Of a stretch of 64,000 bases of DNA, positions 1-9,791 are shown one piece after another. This stretch comes from an uncultured Chloroflexia bacterium (lineage in GTDB: Bacteria; Chloroflexota; Limnocylindria; Limnocylindrales; CSP1-4): positions 1,568,001-1,632,000 of the forward strand of contig CAWFXA010000002.1 of assembly GCA_963819655.1 (NCBI GenBank), in the 5' to 3' direction. The notes under the pieces were generated by a model. That model saw only the letters and a list, made by a program, of their open reading frames with translations. It did not search any database and was not told where the DNA came from. Each line of letters begins with the position of its first letter. Position 1 is the stretch's first letter. A program made the position numbers and the translations under genes.

Positions 1-620
1 AGGTCGGGCACCCTGGCATCGACCACCGGCGGCCGGGCGGCCGGATCTGCGACGCGGACCGGTCTGCTGCCGATCGCCTCGACGATGGCATCCACGATGG
101 CCGGCAGCTCGGCGAGCCGGCCGACGCCCGATTGCCCCGAAGCGAGCTCACCGGCCTCGGGCTCGACGATCGTGTATCCGAAGTCGTCGCGAAGACGTGC
201 GACGTTGGCCCTGGTGGCCGGGTGCGTCCACATCTCGCCGTCCATCGCGGGAGCGACGACGACGGGCGCACTCGACGCGAGGACCGTGGCGGTCACGGCA
301 TCCCCTGACAGCCCGTTGGCCATCGCTGCGAGCCAATGCGCCGTGGCCGGCGCGACGACGATCCCGTCGACGGTATCGGCGACGACGATGTGGCCGATCC
401 GGCCGTCCGGGAGCAGCGCAAGCACGTCGGTCTCGACGGCGTGGCGGGACAGGGACGCGAACGTCAGGGGCCCGACGAATGCCGTCGCGGCCGGGGTCAG
501 CATCGCGACCACGTCGGCACCCTCGGCGCGGAGCTGGCGAAGCAGGTCGACTGCCTTGTACGCGGCGATGGAACCGGTGACCCCGAGACCGATGAGCCGC
601 CCCTCGAGCCGACCGGTCAC
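1..620 (-). CDS. coaBC: Bifunctional phosphopantothenoylcysteine decarboxylase/synthase CoaBC (N-terminal part; 3' end outside window)
   Basis: Minus-strand translation from GTG at 620 gives MTGRLEGRLIGLGVTGSIAAYKAVDLLRQL...VVAPAT...VVAPAMDGEMWTHPAT...GELASGQSGVGRLAE, the PPCDC flavoprotein motifs. The start overlaps the coaX stop. Confidence 0.9.
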   Translation of the reverse strand, partial: MTGRLEGRLIGLGVTGSIAAYKAVDLLRQLRAEGADVVAMLTPAATAFVGPLTFASLSRHAVETDVLALLPDGRIGHIVVADTVDGIVVAPATAHWLAAMANGLSGDAVTATVLASSAPVVVAPAMDGEMWTHPATRANVARLRDDFGYTIVEPEAGELASGQSGVGRLAELPAIVDAIVEAIGSRPVRVADPAARPPVVDARVPD

Positions 621-1429
621 GGCAGGCCGAGCTCCAGCCGCTCCCCGCCGGCGACCTCGGCGTGCAGGATCGCGAGGCCCTTCAACGTCAGGTCGGGGTC
701 GATCGCGTCGATCCCTTCGAGGTCGCGCGCCCACGGGGCGCCGGACAATCCACCGGTCAGGATCGCGTGGACGTCGGTGGGCGACACGCCGGCCTGGTCG
801 GCCAGCTCTCGACGGATCCGCACGAGCAGGCCCGTGGCGAGCGCCTGGTATCCGAACACCGTGCCGGATTGCATGGCGCTCACGGTGTCACGGCCGATCG
901 CGCGGTCCGGGGCACGCAACTCGATCCGCGGCAGTTTGGCGGTTCGTGCCGCGAGCGCCTCCAGCCCGAGCTCGAGTCCGGGAGCGATCGCCCCGCCGAC
1001 ATAGGCACCGTCCGCGGCGACGCAGTCGAAGGTCGTGGCGGTCCCGAAATCGACCACGACAGCCGGCGTGCCATACAGCCGGCCTGCGGCCAGCGCGTTG
1101 ACGAGCCGGTCCGCGCCGACTTCGCCCGGGCGTTCGGTGCGGACGGCCAGCGGCACGATCCCGGCGGCTGCCAGCGTCAAGGGCCGATCCCGGCGCGCGG
1201 CGATCGCCTCGACGTGCGCGGTGAGCGCGGGCACGACCGAGGCGCAGGCGATCGCATCGACGTCACCGAACGAGCCGTCATCGAGGTGCAGCAGGCCGTC
1301 GAGGGTCAGCTCGAACTCGTCGGCGGTCGCGCGCGCGTTCGTGGCGGCGCGTCGCGTCGCGACCAGCACGCCGTTGCGCAGCAGGCCGATCGTGACGTTC
1401 GTGTTGCCGATGTCGATCGCGAGCAGCAT
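617..1429 (-). CDS. coaX: Type III pantothenate kinase
   Basis: Motifs MLLAIDIGNTN, VGADRLVN, VVDFGTATTFD and GGAIAPG. ATG at 1429 with TATCAT 7 nt upstream. Confidence 0.95.
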   Translation of the reverse strand: MLLAIDIGNTNVTIGLLRNGVLVATRRAATNARATADEFELTLDGLLHLDDGSFGDVDAIACASVVPALTAHVEAIAARRDRPLTLAAAGIVPLAVRTERPGEVGADRLVNALAAGRLYGTPAVVVDFGTATTFDCVAADGAYVGGAIAPGLELGLEALAARTAKLPRIELRAPDRAIGRDTVSAMQSGTVFGYQALATGLLVRIRRELADQAGVSPTDVHAILTGGLSGAPWARDLEGIDAIDPDLTLKGLAILHAEVAGGERLELGLP

Positions 1430-1567
1430 CGGCGCGATGATACGCGGCGGCTCACGGGTCCTCGTGGAACGCGGGCGACCCGTTCCCGCGGCCCACCGAC
1501 GTGCGGTACCATCGCGGGCAGTCCTCCGAGGCCAGCCCCGAGCCATCGACCTGCAGGAGACCGACTC

Positions 1568-2005
1568 GTGTCGACGTCGCCGGCCGCCAAGTTCTTCGTG
1601 AACCAGGGCGTCGTCACCAGCCCGACGGACATGCTCCACCTGCTGCGGCCGCTCCTCAAGCAGACCGTCACGTACCGCTACGTGCGCGGGCGCGACGTGG
1701 TGTCGCACGGGACCGGCTGGGTCGAGCGGATCGTGACCGATTCGCCCGACATGTCGACCTACTTCACGCCGCTGGCCATCACGCTGAACATCGACTCGTT
1801 CGAGCACCTCGAGTTCGAGACTCGCCCCGACCAGCTGCTGGTCTACACGCTCGTCCAGGGAGATGAGCGGGTCATCGTCGAGTTCGCGCCGATCGGCGCG
1901 GGTGGCGAGGACACCTCGCCGTTCGCCCCGCGTCAGCTGGAGTTCGACACCTCCGACTACGTCCAGATGGAGCTGCTCGGCCTCGACGCCCACGAAGACG
2001 AGTAG
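1568..2005 (+). CDS. Hypothetical protein (145 aa, acidic C-terminus)
   Basis: GCAGGAGA SD-like sequence before GTG at 1568. Globular-looking sequence with strong GC3 codon bias (MSTSPAAKFFVNQGVV...). Confidence 0.75.
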   Translation: MSTSPAAKFFVNQGVVTSPTDMLHLLRPLLKQTVTYRYVRGRDVVSHGTGWVERIVTDSPDMSTYFTPLAITLNIDSFEHLEFETRPDQLLVYTLVQGDERVIVEFAPIGAGGEDTSPFAPRQLEFDTSDYVQMELLGLDAHEDE

Positions 2006-2008
2006 CGG

Positions 2009-2981
2009 CTACGCGCTGCGCTCACCCCGGACGAACGGGATCCCCAGGGCGGCCGGTGCCCCGATCCGTCGCCGCAGCGCCTCGCGCGACCCGATGATGA
2101 CCACCACGATCACGAACAGGTACGGCAGCATCTCGAGGAAGAATGTGGCCGATCGTCCCGCCTGGAACGGGTTGGTGACACCGAAGATCGACTGGACACC
2201 CTGCACGTCGAGGATGAACCGGAAGATCGCCCCGAACAGGTACGCCCCGAGCGCCGCCCGGATCGGGCTCCACTGCGCGAAGATCACCAGGCCGATCGCG
2301 ATCCAGCCGCTGGCACCCACGGTCTGGTCGCCGAACCAGCCGGGCGGAGATCGCGAGCGTGATCGCGGCCCCAGCGAGACCCGCCAACAACCCGCCGACC
2401 AGCACGTACACGTAGCGCAGCGCGACCACGTCGATGCCCTGCGCATCGGCCGCCGCCGGCCGCTCGCCGACCGCGCGCAGGTGAAGCCCGGGGCGGGTCC
2501 GGTCGATCCAGTACCAGGCCAGCGGCACCAGCACGAAGCCGACGTACGTCAGGATGCTCTGGTCGCGGAACAGGACCGGTCCGAGGAACGGGATCTCGGA
2601 GAGCACAGGAATGGTTAGCCTGGGGAGCGTCACGATCGGTCCGGCGTTCGACAGTCCGTCACCCAGCACACGGGCGAGACCGGACCCGAGGAACGTCAAC
2701 GCCAGGCCCGAGATGACCTGGTCGGCCCGGAAGGTGATCGTGACGACGGCGTGGACGAGGCCCAGCAGGCCGCCGGCCAGCATCGCCACCGCAACTCCGA
2801 CCCACGGGTCACCGACCGACGCGGTCACCGAGAAGCCGGCGACCGCCCCGATGAGCATCATCCCCTGGACGCCGAGGTTCAGCACGCCCGCGCGCTCCGC
2901 GAAGATCTCGCCCACGGCGGCGAACAGGAGGATCGTGCCGCTGGCGACACCGGCCGCCAGGATCAACGTGAGGTCGATCAT
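2009..2981 (-). CDS. Nucleoside/purine (BMP-type) ABC transporter permease, with one apparent frameshift near 2346
   Basis: MIDLTLILAAGVASGTILLFAAVGEIFAERAGVLNLG... continues in another frame as SPGWFGDQTVGASGWIAIGLVIF...PAALGIPF after an extra C (ATC TCC GCC vs ATC TCG CCC). Confidence 0.85.
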
Positions 2982-4066
2982 GCCGGCGCCACCGCCCCTC
3001 CGCCGATCCGGATGCGATAGCGGGTGAAGACCTCCGCCACGATCAGGCAGAAGAGGATCACGCCCTGGATCATCGCCGGGACGCCGGACGGCTGGATCTC
3101 TCGACCGGCAAGGATCAGTGCACCGAACAGGACCGACGCGAGCACCACGCGCCACGGCCCGAAGTGGGCGAGGTACGCGATGATGATCGCCGTGAACCCG
3201 TAGCCCGGCGAGATGCGGTCCTGTAGTCGATGCACGACGCCGGACACCTCGCTCATGCCGGCCAGACCGGCGAGAGCGCCGGAGATGGCGAAGACCACGA
3301 TGACGTAGCGCGCGATGTCGATGCCGGCGTAGCGGGCGGCCCGCGGGTTGTCGCCGATCAGCCGCATCTCGTAGCCCCAGCGCGTGCGCGAGAACACGAA
3401 CGACATGATCCCTGCGGCGATGAGGGCGAACACCAGGCCGAGGTGCGTGGTCAGCCCGGCGAGGACCGGGAACTGCGCGGCGAAGTCGGCGAGGCGAGGC
3501 AACCAGGCTTCCCGTGGGAATGCGACCGTCTGCTGGAACCCGCCCTCGCTCCACGGTCCGAACACCCAGAACTGGATCCACGCCAGGGCGACGTAGTTGA
3601 GCATGAGCGTCGTGATGATCTCGTTGACGCCGAGCCGCGCACGGAGCACGCCCGGCACGAGGCCCCACAGGGCACCCGCCAGCGCGCCCGCCAGCATCAT
3701 CGCCGGGATGACGACGAGCGCCGGGGTACCGGCCGGCAGGATGGGGACGAGGACGACCGCGCTGGCGCCCCACGCCCCCAACAGGAACTGGCCCTCGGCG
3801 CCGATGTTCCATAGCCGCATCCGGAACGCCAGGGCGCATGCGAGGCCCGTCAGGATGAGCGGAGTCGCTTTGACCAGCGTGTCCGACAGCACGCCGATAT
3901 CGCCGAACGCGGCGTCGACGATATGGAGATAGGCGCGGACCGGGTCGCCGCCCACGAATGCCAGCACGACTGCACCGATGACAAGCGCGACCAGCACCGC
4001 GACGATCGTCAGCACGGGCGACAGCCAGCGCGGTGGCTCGCCGCGGGGCTCAAGGCGGATGTTCAC
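2978..4066 (-). CDS. Nucleoside/purine ABC transporter permease
   Basis: WNIGAEGQ, NEIITTLMLNY and GDNPRAARYAGI motifs; multiple transmembrane segments. Confidence 0.9.
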   Translation of the reverse strand: MNIRLEPRGEPPRWLSPVLTIVAVLVALVIGAVVLAFVGGDPVRAYLHIVDAAFGDIGVLSDTLVKATPLILTGLACALAFRMRLWNIGAEGQFLLGAWGASAVVLVPILPAGTPALVVIPAMMLAGALAGALWGLVPGVLRARLGVNEIITTLMLNYVALAWIQFWVFGPWSEGGFQQTVAFPREAWLPRLADFAAQFPVLAGLTTHLGLVFALIAAGIMSFVFSRTRWGYEMRLIGDNPRAARYAGIDIARYVIVVFAISGALAGLAGMSEVSGVVHRLQDRISPGYGFTAIIIAYLAHFGPWRVVLASVLFGALILAGREIQPSGVPAMIQGVILFCLIVAEVFTRYRIRIGGGAVAPA

Positions 4067-5646
4067 GCGGTTCCTGCGTCGGTGGCCGGCACGTCGCGGG
4101 ACAGGTCGTCGCCACCGGTCATGTGCAGACCGATCGTTTCCACGTCGGACGCACGTGGTGACTCGAACGACGCGGTCACCCGGCCCTCGTACATGACGAG
4201 GATGCGGTCGGCCAGGGCGAGCAGCTCCTCCAGCTCCTCGGAGATCAGCAGGATGGCGGTCCCGCGGGCACGCAGGTCGAGGAGCAGCTGATGGACGCCC
4301 TCGATCGCGCCGACGTCTAGACCACGCGTGGGCTGGACCGCGACGAGGAGGGTCGGCTCGGCGTCGATCTCGCGGGCCAGGATGAGGCGCTGCAGGTTGC
4401 CACCGGACAGGATCCGGACGGGTGCATCGAGGGTGGGTGCCGAGATCGCATACGCCTCCTGGAGTTGCTGCGCCTTCGATCGCGCCGCTCGCTCGTCGAG
4501 GAACGGACCGCGGGCCACCGGAGCTCGGCGGAATCGACGCAGGATGAGGTTGTCGACGAGCGACAGGTTCGGCGCGCTGCCGACACCGGCGCGGTCCTCC
4601 GGAACGTGCCCGACGCCGGCGTCGATGGCGACCCGTGACGGGCGAGCCGCGACGTCGCGGCCCTCGACGAGGACGCGCCCTGTGCAGGTGCGCATCCCGG
4701 TGATGACCTGCGCCAGCTCCGCCTGACCGTTGCCGGCGACTGCCGCCATGCCGACGATCTCGCCGGCCCGGACCTCCAGCGACGCCGCTCGAAGGGCGGG
4801 CAGGCCGCGATCGTTGTCTGCGGACACGCTGTCGATCGCCAGGACCACCCGGCCGGGTTCCGCGGCCGTGCGCTGAAGCGACTCGAGCACCGGGCGACCC
4901 ACCATGAGGCGAGCGAGATCGGCCCGGCTCACCCCACTCGGGTCGATCCCTGCGGCCGTCACGCGGCCGGTCCGCATGACCGTGATGCGGTCGGCGATCG
5001 CGAGGACCTCCCCGAGCTTGTGGCTGATGAACACGATGCTGCGACCCTCCTCGGCCAGCGAGCGCAGCGTCGTGAACAGCTCGGCGATCTCCTGGGGCGC
5101 GAGGACTGCTGTCGGTTCGTCCAGGATGAGCACGCGGGCGCCGTGGAACAGCAACTTGAGGATCTCGACCCGCTGCTGCTCGCCGACTGACAGCTGCCAG
5201 ACCCGAGCGCTCGGGTCGACCCGCAGACCGACACGTGCTGCCAATGCGGCGACCTCCGCCTCGGTCCGCTTGAGGTCGAGCCTGAATCGGGGTCGGTCCA
5301 GACCGAGCAAGATGTTCTCGGCGACGGTCTGCGACGGGACGAGCGTGAAGTGCTGATGCACCATCCCGATCCCGGCGGCGATGGCGTCGCGCGGCGAGCG
5401 GAACTCGACGTCCCGCCCGCCGACCCGCACCCCGCCCTGATCCGGTCGATAGAGCCCCGCCAGCACGTTCATGAGGGTGCTCTTTCCGGCTCCGTTCTCG
5501 CCGAGCAAGGCATGCACCTCACCGACGCGGACATCGAAATCCACGTGGTCGTTGGCAAGCACGCCCGGAAACGCCTTGACGACGCCGGTCGCCTCCATGG
5601 CGAGCGCCAGCGGCGCGTCGGCGGACGGCGATGCCGTTGCGCTCAC
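4063..5646 (-). CDS. ABC transporter ATP-binding protein (tandem ATPase, sugar/nucleoside type)
   Basis: Walker A GENGAGKST, LSVGEQQR, ILDEPT and a second-half LSGGNLQR. Confidence 0.93.
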   Translation of the reverse strand: MSATASPSADAPLALAMEATGVVKAFPGVLANDHVDFDVRVGEVHALLGENGAGKSTLMNVLAGLYRPDQGGVRVGGRDVEFRSPRDAIAAGIGMVHQHFTLVPSQTVAENILLGLDRPRFRLDLKRTEAEVAALAARVGLRVDPSARVWQLSVGEQQRVEILKLLFHGARVLILDEPTAVLAPQEIAELFTTLRSLAEEGRSIVFISHKLGEVLAIADRITVMRTGRVTAAGIDPSGVSRADLARLMVGRPVLESLQRTAAEPGRVVLAIDSVSADNDRGLPALRAASLEVRAGEIVGMAAVAGNGQAELAQVITGMRTCTGRVLVEGRDVAARPSRVAIDAGVGHVPEDRAGVGSAPNLSLVDNLILRRFRRAPVARGPFLDERAARSKAQQLQEAYAISAPTLDAPVRILSGGNLQRLILAREIDAEPTLLVAVQPTRGLDVGAIEGVHQLLLDLRARGTAILLISEELEELLALADRILVMYEGRVTASFESPRASDVETIGLHMTGGDDLSRDVPATDAGTA

Positions 5647-5700
5647 AGCCGGGTCGACTGCGAGCGGGCGCCCGTCGCCAGACGCCCGCTCACGGAGGAC

Positions 5701-7017
5701 CTAGCTCAGTGCCGGCAGCGCGACGGTGATGCCCTCGTTCCACCAGTACATGCACACGCTGCACTCGGAGCCGGGGGCGCCTGGCGGGAACTGATCGAGG
5801 TCCGACTGCTCGAGCTTCTGCCCGGCCGGTAGGAGCTCCTTACCGGTGTTGTCCACGATCGGCCCGGCGAACACGTCGAACCTCGTGAATTCGCCCGCCA
5901 GCATCTTCGCAAGCGTGTCGCGAACCTTCTGGACGTCGGCCTCGGGCAGGTCGGCGACGCCAGGCTGGGGCGTCTCGCCGTCCATGAATCCGAACAGTCC
6001 CATCGCCTTGGAGTCGGCATCGAAGTACTCGTACCCGGCGGTGTACGAGCCGCCGTTGACCGCTTCGGCGATCCGGGCGTACTCCGGGCCCCAGATCCAG
6101 TACGGCGCGGTCAGGCACGCATCGATCTTGCAGGACACCGGATGGTCGTACGTGACGCCCCACTTGCTCTTCTCGGCCGCGACGTCTGCGACGGCAGGCG
6201 TGTCGGCGCCCGTGAAGACGACTTGTGCCCCGGCATCGAACAGGGATGCGGCGCCGTCGCGCTCCTTGACCGGGTCGTGCCACGTGTTGATGAACCGGAC
6301 GTCCATCGTGCATTCCGGGCAGGTCTGCTTGACCCCACGCATGATCGCGTTCCCGAGCCGGATCTCTTCCGGGATCGGGAAGGTCGCCATGTAGCCGATC
6401 TTCGTGTTGCCGTCGGCCTTGGCACGTGAGCCGGCCAGCATGCCCGCGAGGTATTTGAAGTCCTCCATCGCGCCGAAGAAATTGCCGAAGTTCTTGCCGT
6501 TCGACTTGAAGCCGGTGAGGTGCAGGAACGTCGCGTCGGGGAACTCCTCGGCGACGGTCGCCATCGGGTCCATGTAGCCGAACGACGTTCCGATGATGAA
6601 CTGGAAACCCTTTCGGGCGAGGCTCCGGAAGACCTGCTCGGAGTCGGCGCCTTCAGGCACGAGCTCGATGTAGGCGACGTTCGTATTCGGGACGTTCTCG
6701 CAGACGTACTGGAGGCCCTCGTAATGGGCCTGGCTCCAGCCGCCGTCGTCGTGTGGGCCGATGAGGACCATCGCGACGTTGAACTTGCCCTCGGCCACGT
6801 CGGGGATCTGGAGGTCGGCACCGCCCTGGGTGCCGGCGCCGGCGCATGCGCCGCTGGCCGGCGGCGATGCTGCCCCGGAGGGCTCCACCGATGCCGGGGC
6901 CGACGCCCCGGCTGACGCGGCACCCGACGGCGCGGCCGTCGCACCCGGGCTCGCGCATGCCCCAACAACGAGGGCCAGCGTCGTCACGACTGCCAGCCAC
7001 GACAGGGTCCGCTGCAT
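5701..7017 (-). CDS. BMP-family ABC substrate-binding lipoprotein
   Basis: Lipobox VVGAC, an Ala/Pro linker, and DDGGWSQAH and IGTSFGY motifs. AGGAGGAGG SD upstream. Confidence 0.9.
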   Translation of the reverse strand: MQRTLSWLAVVTTLALVVGACASPGATAAPSGAASAGASAPASVEPSGAASPPASGACAGAGTQGGADLQIPDVAEGKFNVAMVLIGPHDDGGWSQAHYEGLQYVCENVPNTNVAYIELVPEGADSEQVFRSLARKGFQFIIGTSFGYMDPMATVAEEFPDATFLHLTGFKSNGKNFGNFFGAMEDFKYLAGMLAGSRAKADGNTKIGYMATFPIPEEIRLGNAIMRGVKQTCPECTMDVRFINTWHDPVKERDGAASLFDAGAQVVFTGADTPAVADVAAEKSKWGVTYDHPVSCKIDACLTAPYWIWGPEYARIAEAVNGGSYTAGYEYFDADSKAMGLFGFMDGETPQPGVADLPEADVQKVRDTLAKMLAGEFTRFDVFAGPIVDNTGKELLPAGQKLEQSDLDQFPPGAPGSECSVCMYWWNEGITVALPALS

Positions 7018-7152
7018 GTCCGTCCTCCTCCTGCGCGGTGACCGGCCCGACCTCGTCCTCCTCGCCGGCCGATGCGACGCGCTCCGGGGACAGGATAGCC
7101 GGGTCCATCGGCCGCGGGGCGCCTCGGACACCTTCCTGTACCATCGGCCGCG

Positions 7153-8421
7153 ATGTTCGAACGGACCGCGCTGCCCCACGGGCCGCGCGTCATCAGCTCC
7201 CGGGTCCCCGGGGCGCGTTCGGTCTCCATCGCCGCGTACGTCCTGGCCGGTTCACGCCTGGAGAGCGCCGAGGAGGCCGGTGTCGCCCATTTCATGGAAC
7301 ACATCACGTTCAAGGGCACGGCCGCGTACCCGACGACGCGCGCGATCAGCGAGGCGATCGAGGGTGTCGGCGGTTCGTTCAACGCCGCCACCGACCGCGA
7401 ATCGACCGTCTACTGGGTGCGCGTCCCGATCCGCGAGGCGACCCGGGCGATGGACGTCCTGGGCGAGCTGATCGTCCGCCCCACCCTGAGCTCCGACGAG
7501 ATCGAGGGCGAGCGCAGCGTCATCATCGAGGAGATCCGCGGCTACCAGGACGATCCGACCGAGTACGCCCAGATCCTGTTCCAGACCGCGATGTTCGGCG
7601 ACGGCCCACTGGGACGCGAGATCTGCGGCGACGAGGCCGGCATCCGGGCACTGCCCGAACAGACCATCCGCGAGTTCTGGCGGACCACCTATCGACCGGC
7701 CAACACCGTGATCGCCGTGGCCGGCGACCTCGAGCACGCTCAGGCCGTCGACCTCGCCACCACCGCATTCGGGACCGGCAACGGCGTCATCCCTGGGTTC
7801 GCGCCGGCACCCGCCCTCCCGGCCGGCGAGCGCGTCCTGGCGGGCAAGCGGCAGTCGACCCAGGCGCAGCTCGTCGTCGGTGTCCCGGCCCTGCGCCGGG
7901 ATCACCCGGATGCGTGGACGCTGGCGCTCATGAACGCCGTCCTCGGCGATGGGATGAGCAGTCGCCTGTTCCTGTCCGTCCGCGAGGAGCTCGGACTCGC
8001 GTACGACATCTCGTCCGGCCTCGTCGACTACGCCGACGCCGGCGCCCTCGAGGTCTCTGCGGGTGTCGATCCCGCGTCCCTGCGCGACGCACTGAAGGCC
8101 ATCCTCGCGGAGCTCGCCCGCCTGCGCGACGAGCCGATCCCGGCGGAGGAGCTCGACAAAGCAAAACGCTACCTGTCGGGCGGCCTCGAGTTGCGGATGG
8201 ACGAGACGCGCCACGTCGCGTCGTGGATCGGCGGTCAGGAAGCCCTCCACGACCGCGTGCTCACGGTCGACGAGGCGCTCGTCGCCATCGCCGCGGTCAC
8301 CGCCGAGGACATCCAGCGGGTCGCCACGGCACTCCTGGTCGACGACGGACTGCGACTGGCCGCGGTCGCCCCAGCGCGCTACCTGCGGGGGCTCGATCGC
8401 CATCTGCGCCTGCCCGCATGA
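7153..8421 (+). CDS. M16 family Zn-dependent peptidase
   Basis: Inverted zinc motif HFMEH, FKGT, NAATDRESTVY and GMSSRLF. Confidence 0.92.
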   Translation: MFERTALPHGPRVISSRVPGARSVSIAAYVLAGSRLESAEEAGVAHFMEHITFKGTAAYPTTRAISEAIEGVGGSFNAATDRESTVYWVRVPIREATRAMDVLGELIVRPTLSSDEIEGERSVIIEEIRGYQDDPTEYAQILFQTAMFGDGPLGREICGDEAGIRALPEQTIREFWRTTYRPANTVIAVAGDLEHAQAVDLATTAFGTGNGVIPGFAPAPALPAGERVLAGKRQSTQAQLVVGVPALRRDHPDAWTLALMNAVLGDGMSSRLFLSVREELGLAYDISSGLVDYADAGALEVSAGVDPASLRDALKAILAELARLRDEPIPAEELDKAKRYLSGGLELRMDETRHVASWIGGQEALHDRVLTVDEALVAIAAVTAEDIQRVATALLVDDGLRLAAVAPARYLRGLDRHLRLPA

Positions 8422-9296
8422 CGGACGACTCGACAACGTCGACGCAGCGCGCACACGACCTGGTCCTGGCGCGGGTCCATCTCCGCCTCGGTTCGCTGTC
8501 CCTGGCCCGCGCCGAGCTCGAGACTCTGGCGGGTCGCGACATGTTGGACGCCGAGGGTGTGGTCGACCTTGCCGAGGTGCGCTGGCGCACCGGTGACATC
8601 ACCGGCGCGGGCGAGGCAGCCGCGGTCGTGCTCGACGACGATGACGGCCCGGTCCTCGCTCTGATCGTCGCGGCCGAGGCGGCTGCGGCGCGCGGGCGTC
8701 CGACCGAGGCACGCCGCCTTGCCGCCAAGGCGTTGGCCGCTGCCAACGGCTCCATCGACGCCATCTTCGCCGGCATGCCGCGGAGCCCGGCGTGGCCGCC
8801 CGATCCCGCGGCGCCACCGCCCGCACCGACGACGATGTTCGACACGCCCCGCGCCGAGTCTGGTCGCGCGGCCAACGCGGACCGCCGTCGCACCGCCCGC
8901 GAGCCCAAGGCCGCGCCGGCGCCCCTGGACGCGGCGGAGGACGAAGGGATCGGACTGTGGGACGAGGGCCTCGCCGCCGAAGCCGAGGCGCAGGCCGAGG
9001 CGCAAGCCGAGGTCGATGCATCGCTGCCGACCGGTCACGAAGCGCTCGACGAGGGTCGCGCGTCGCTGGAGGCGGGCGACGTGGCGAATGCGGCCCTCCA
9101 GCTGGCACTCGTCCTGCGTATGGCTCCGGCCCTGGCCCCGGCCGTGCTCGACCTGATCGGCGATCGCCACGACCCGGCTCTGGCACTCCTGCGCGGCGAT
9201 GCGTATCGTCTCGTCGGCCGAGAGATCGATGCGCGGCGGGCATACGCCGACGCCGCCCGACCTGATGAGCCACCACCACAAGGAGACCCCGCGTGA
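8418..9296 (+). CDS. Hypothetical helical (TPR-like) protein
   Basis: ATGA/GTGA overlaps with the M16 peptidase and ndk. Ala/Leu-rich helical segments flank a Pro/acidic linker. Confidence 0.7.
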   Translation: MTDDSTTSTQRAHDLVLARVHLRLGSLSLARAELETLAGRDMLDAEGVVDLAEVRWRTGDITGAGEAAAVVLDDDDGPVLALIVAAEAAAARGRPTEARRLAAKALAAANGSIDAIFAGMPRSPAWPPDPAAPPPAPTTMFDTPRAESGRAANADRRRTAREPKAAPAPLDAAEDEGIGLWDEGLAAEAEAQAEAQAEVDASLPTGHEALDEGRASLEAGDVANAALQLALVLRMAPALAPAVLDLIGDRHDPALALLRGDAYRLVGREIDARRAYADAARPDEPPPQGDPA

Positions 9297-9754
9297 TCGA
9301 ACGCACCCTCGTCCTCGTCAAGCCCGACGGCGTCCAGCGCCAGCTGACGGGTCGGATCCTCGCGCGGTACGAGGAGCGTGGGCTCAAGGTCATCGGGCTC
9401 AAGCTCGTCACGGTCGATCGCGTCCTCGCTGAGCGCCACTACGCGGCGCATCGCGAGAGGCCGTTCTTCGTCGGCCTCGTCGACTTCATCACGTCCGCGC
9501 CGCTGGTCGCGCTCGCGCTCGAGGGTCCGAATGCCATCGGCGTCGTCCGTGCGATCAACGGGGCGACCCGCCCGGAAGAGGCGGCGCCCGGAACGGTCCG
9601 CGGCGATTTCGCGCTCGAGACCGCGCAGAACATCGTCCACGCGTCCGACGGGCCGGAGGCTGCGGCCGCGGAACTGGCGCTCTGGTTCGGTGATGGCGAG
9701 CTGCTCGACTACGAGCGCGACATCGACCGCTGGGTCCTCGCTCCGGAGGAGTGA
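9293..9754 (+). CDS. ndk: Nucleoside diphosphate kinase
   Basis: ERTLVLVKPDGVQR, PGTVRGDF and NIVHASD. Confidence 0.97.
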   Translation: MIERTLVLVKPDGVQRQLTGRILARYEERGLKVIGLKLVTVDRVLAERHYAAHRERPFFVGLVDFITSAPLVALALEGPNAIGVVRAINGATRPEEAAPGTVRGDFALETAQNIVHASDGPEAAAAELALWFGDGELLDYERDIDRWVLAPEE

Positions 9755-9791
9755 CCTGCCGGTCGGTCGGCGCAGCCGCGCGCTCGATCGG

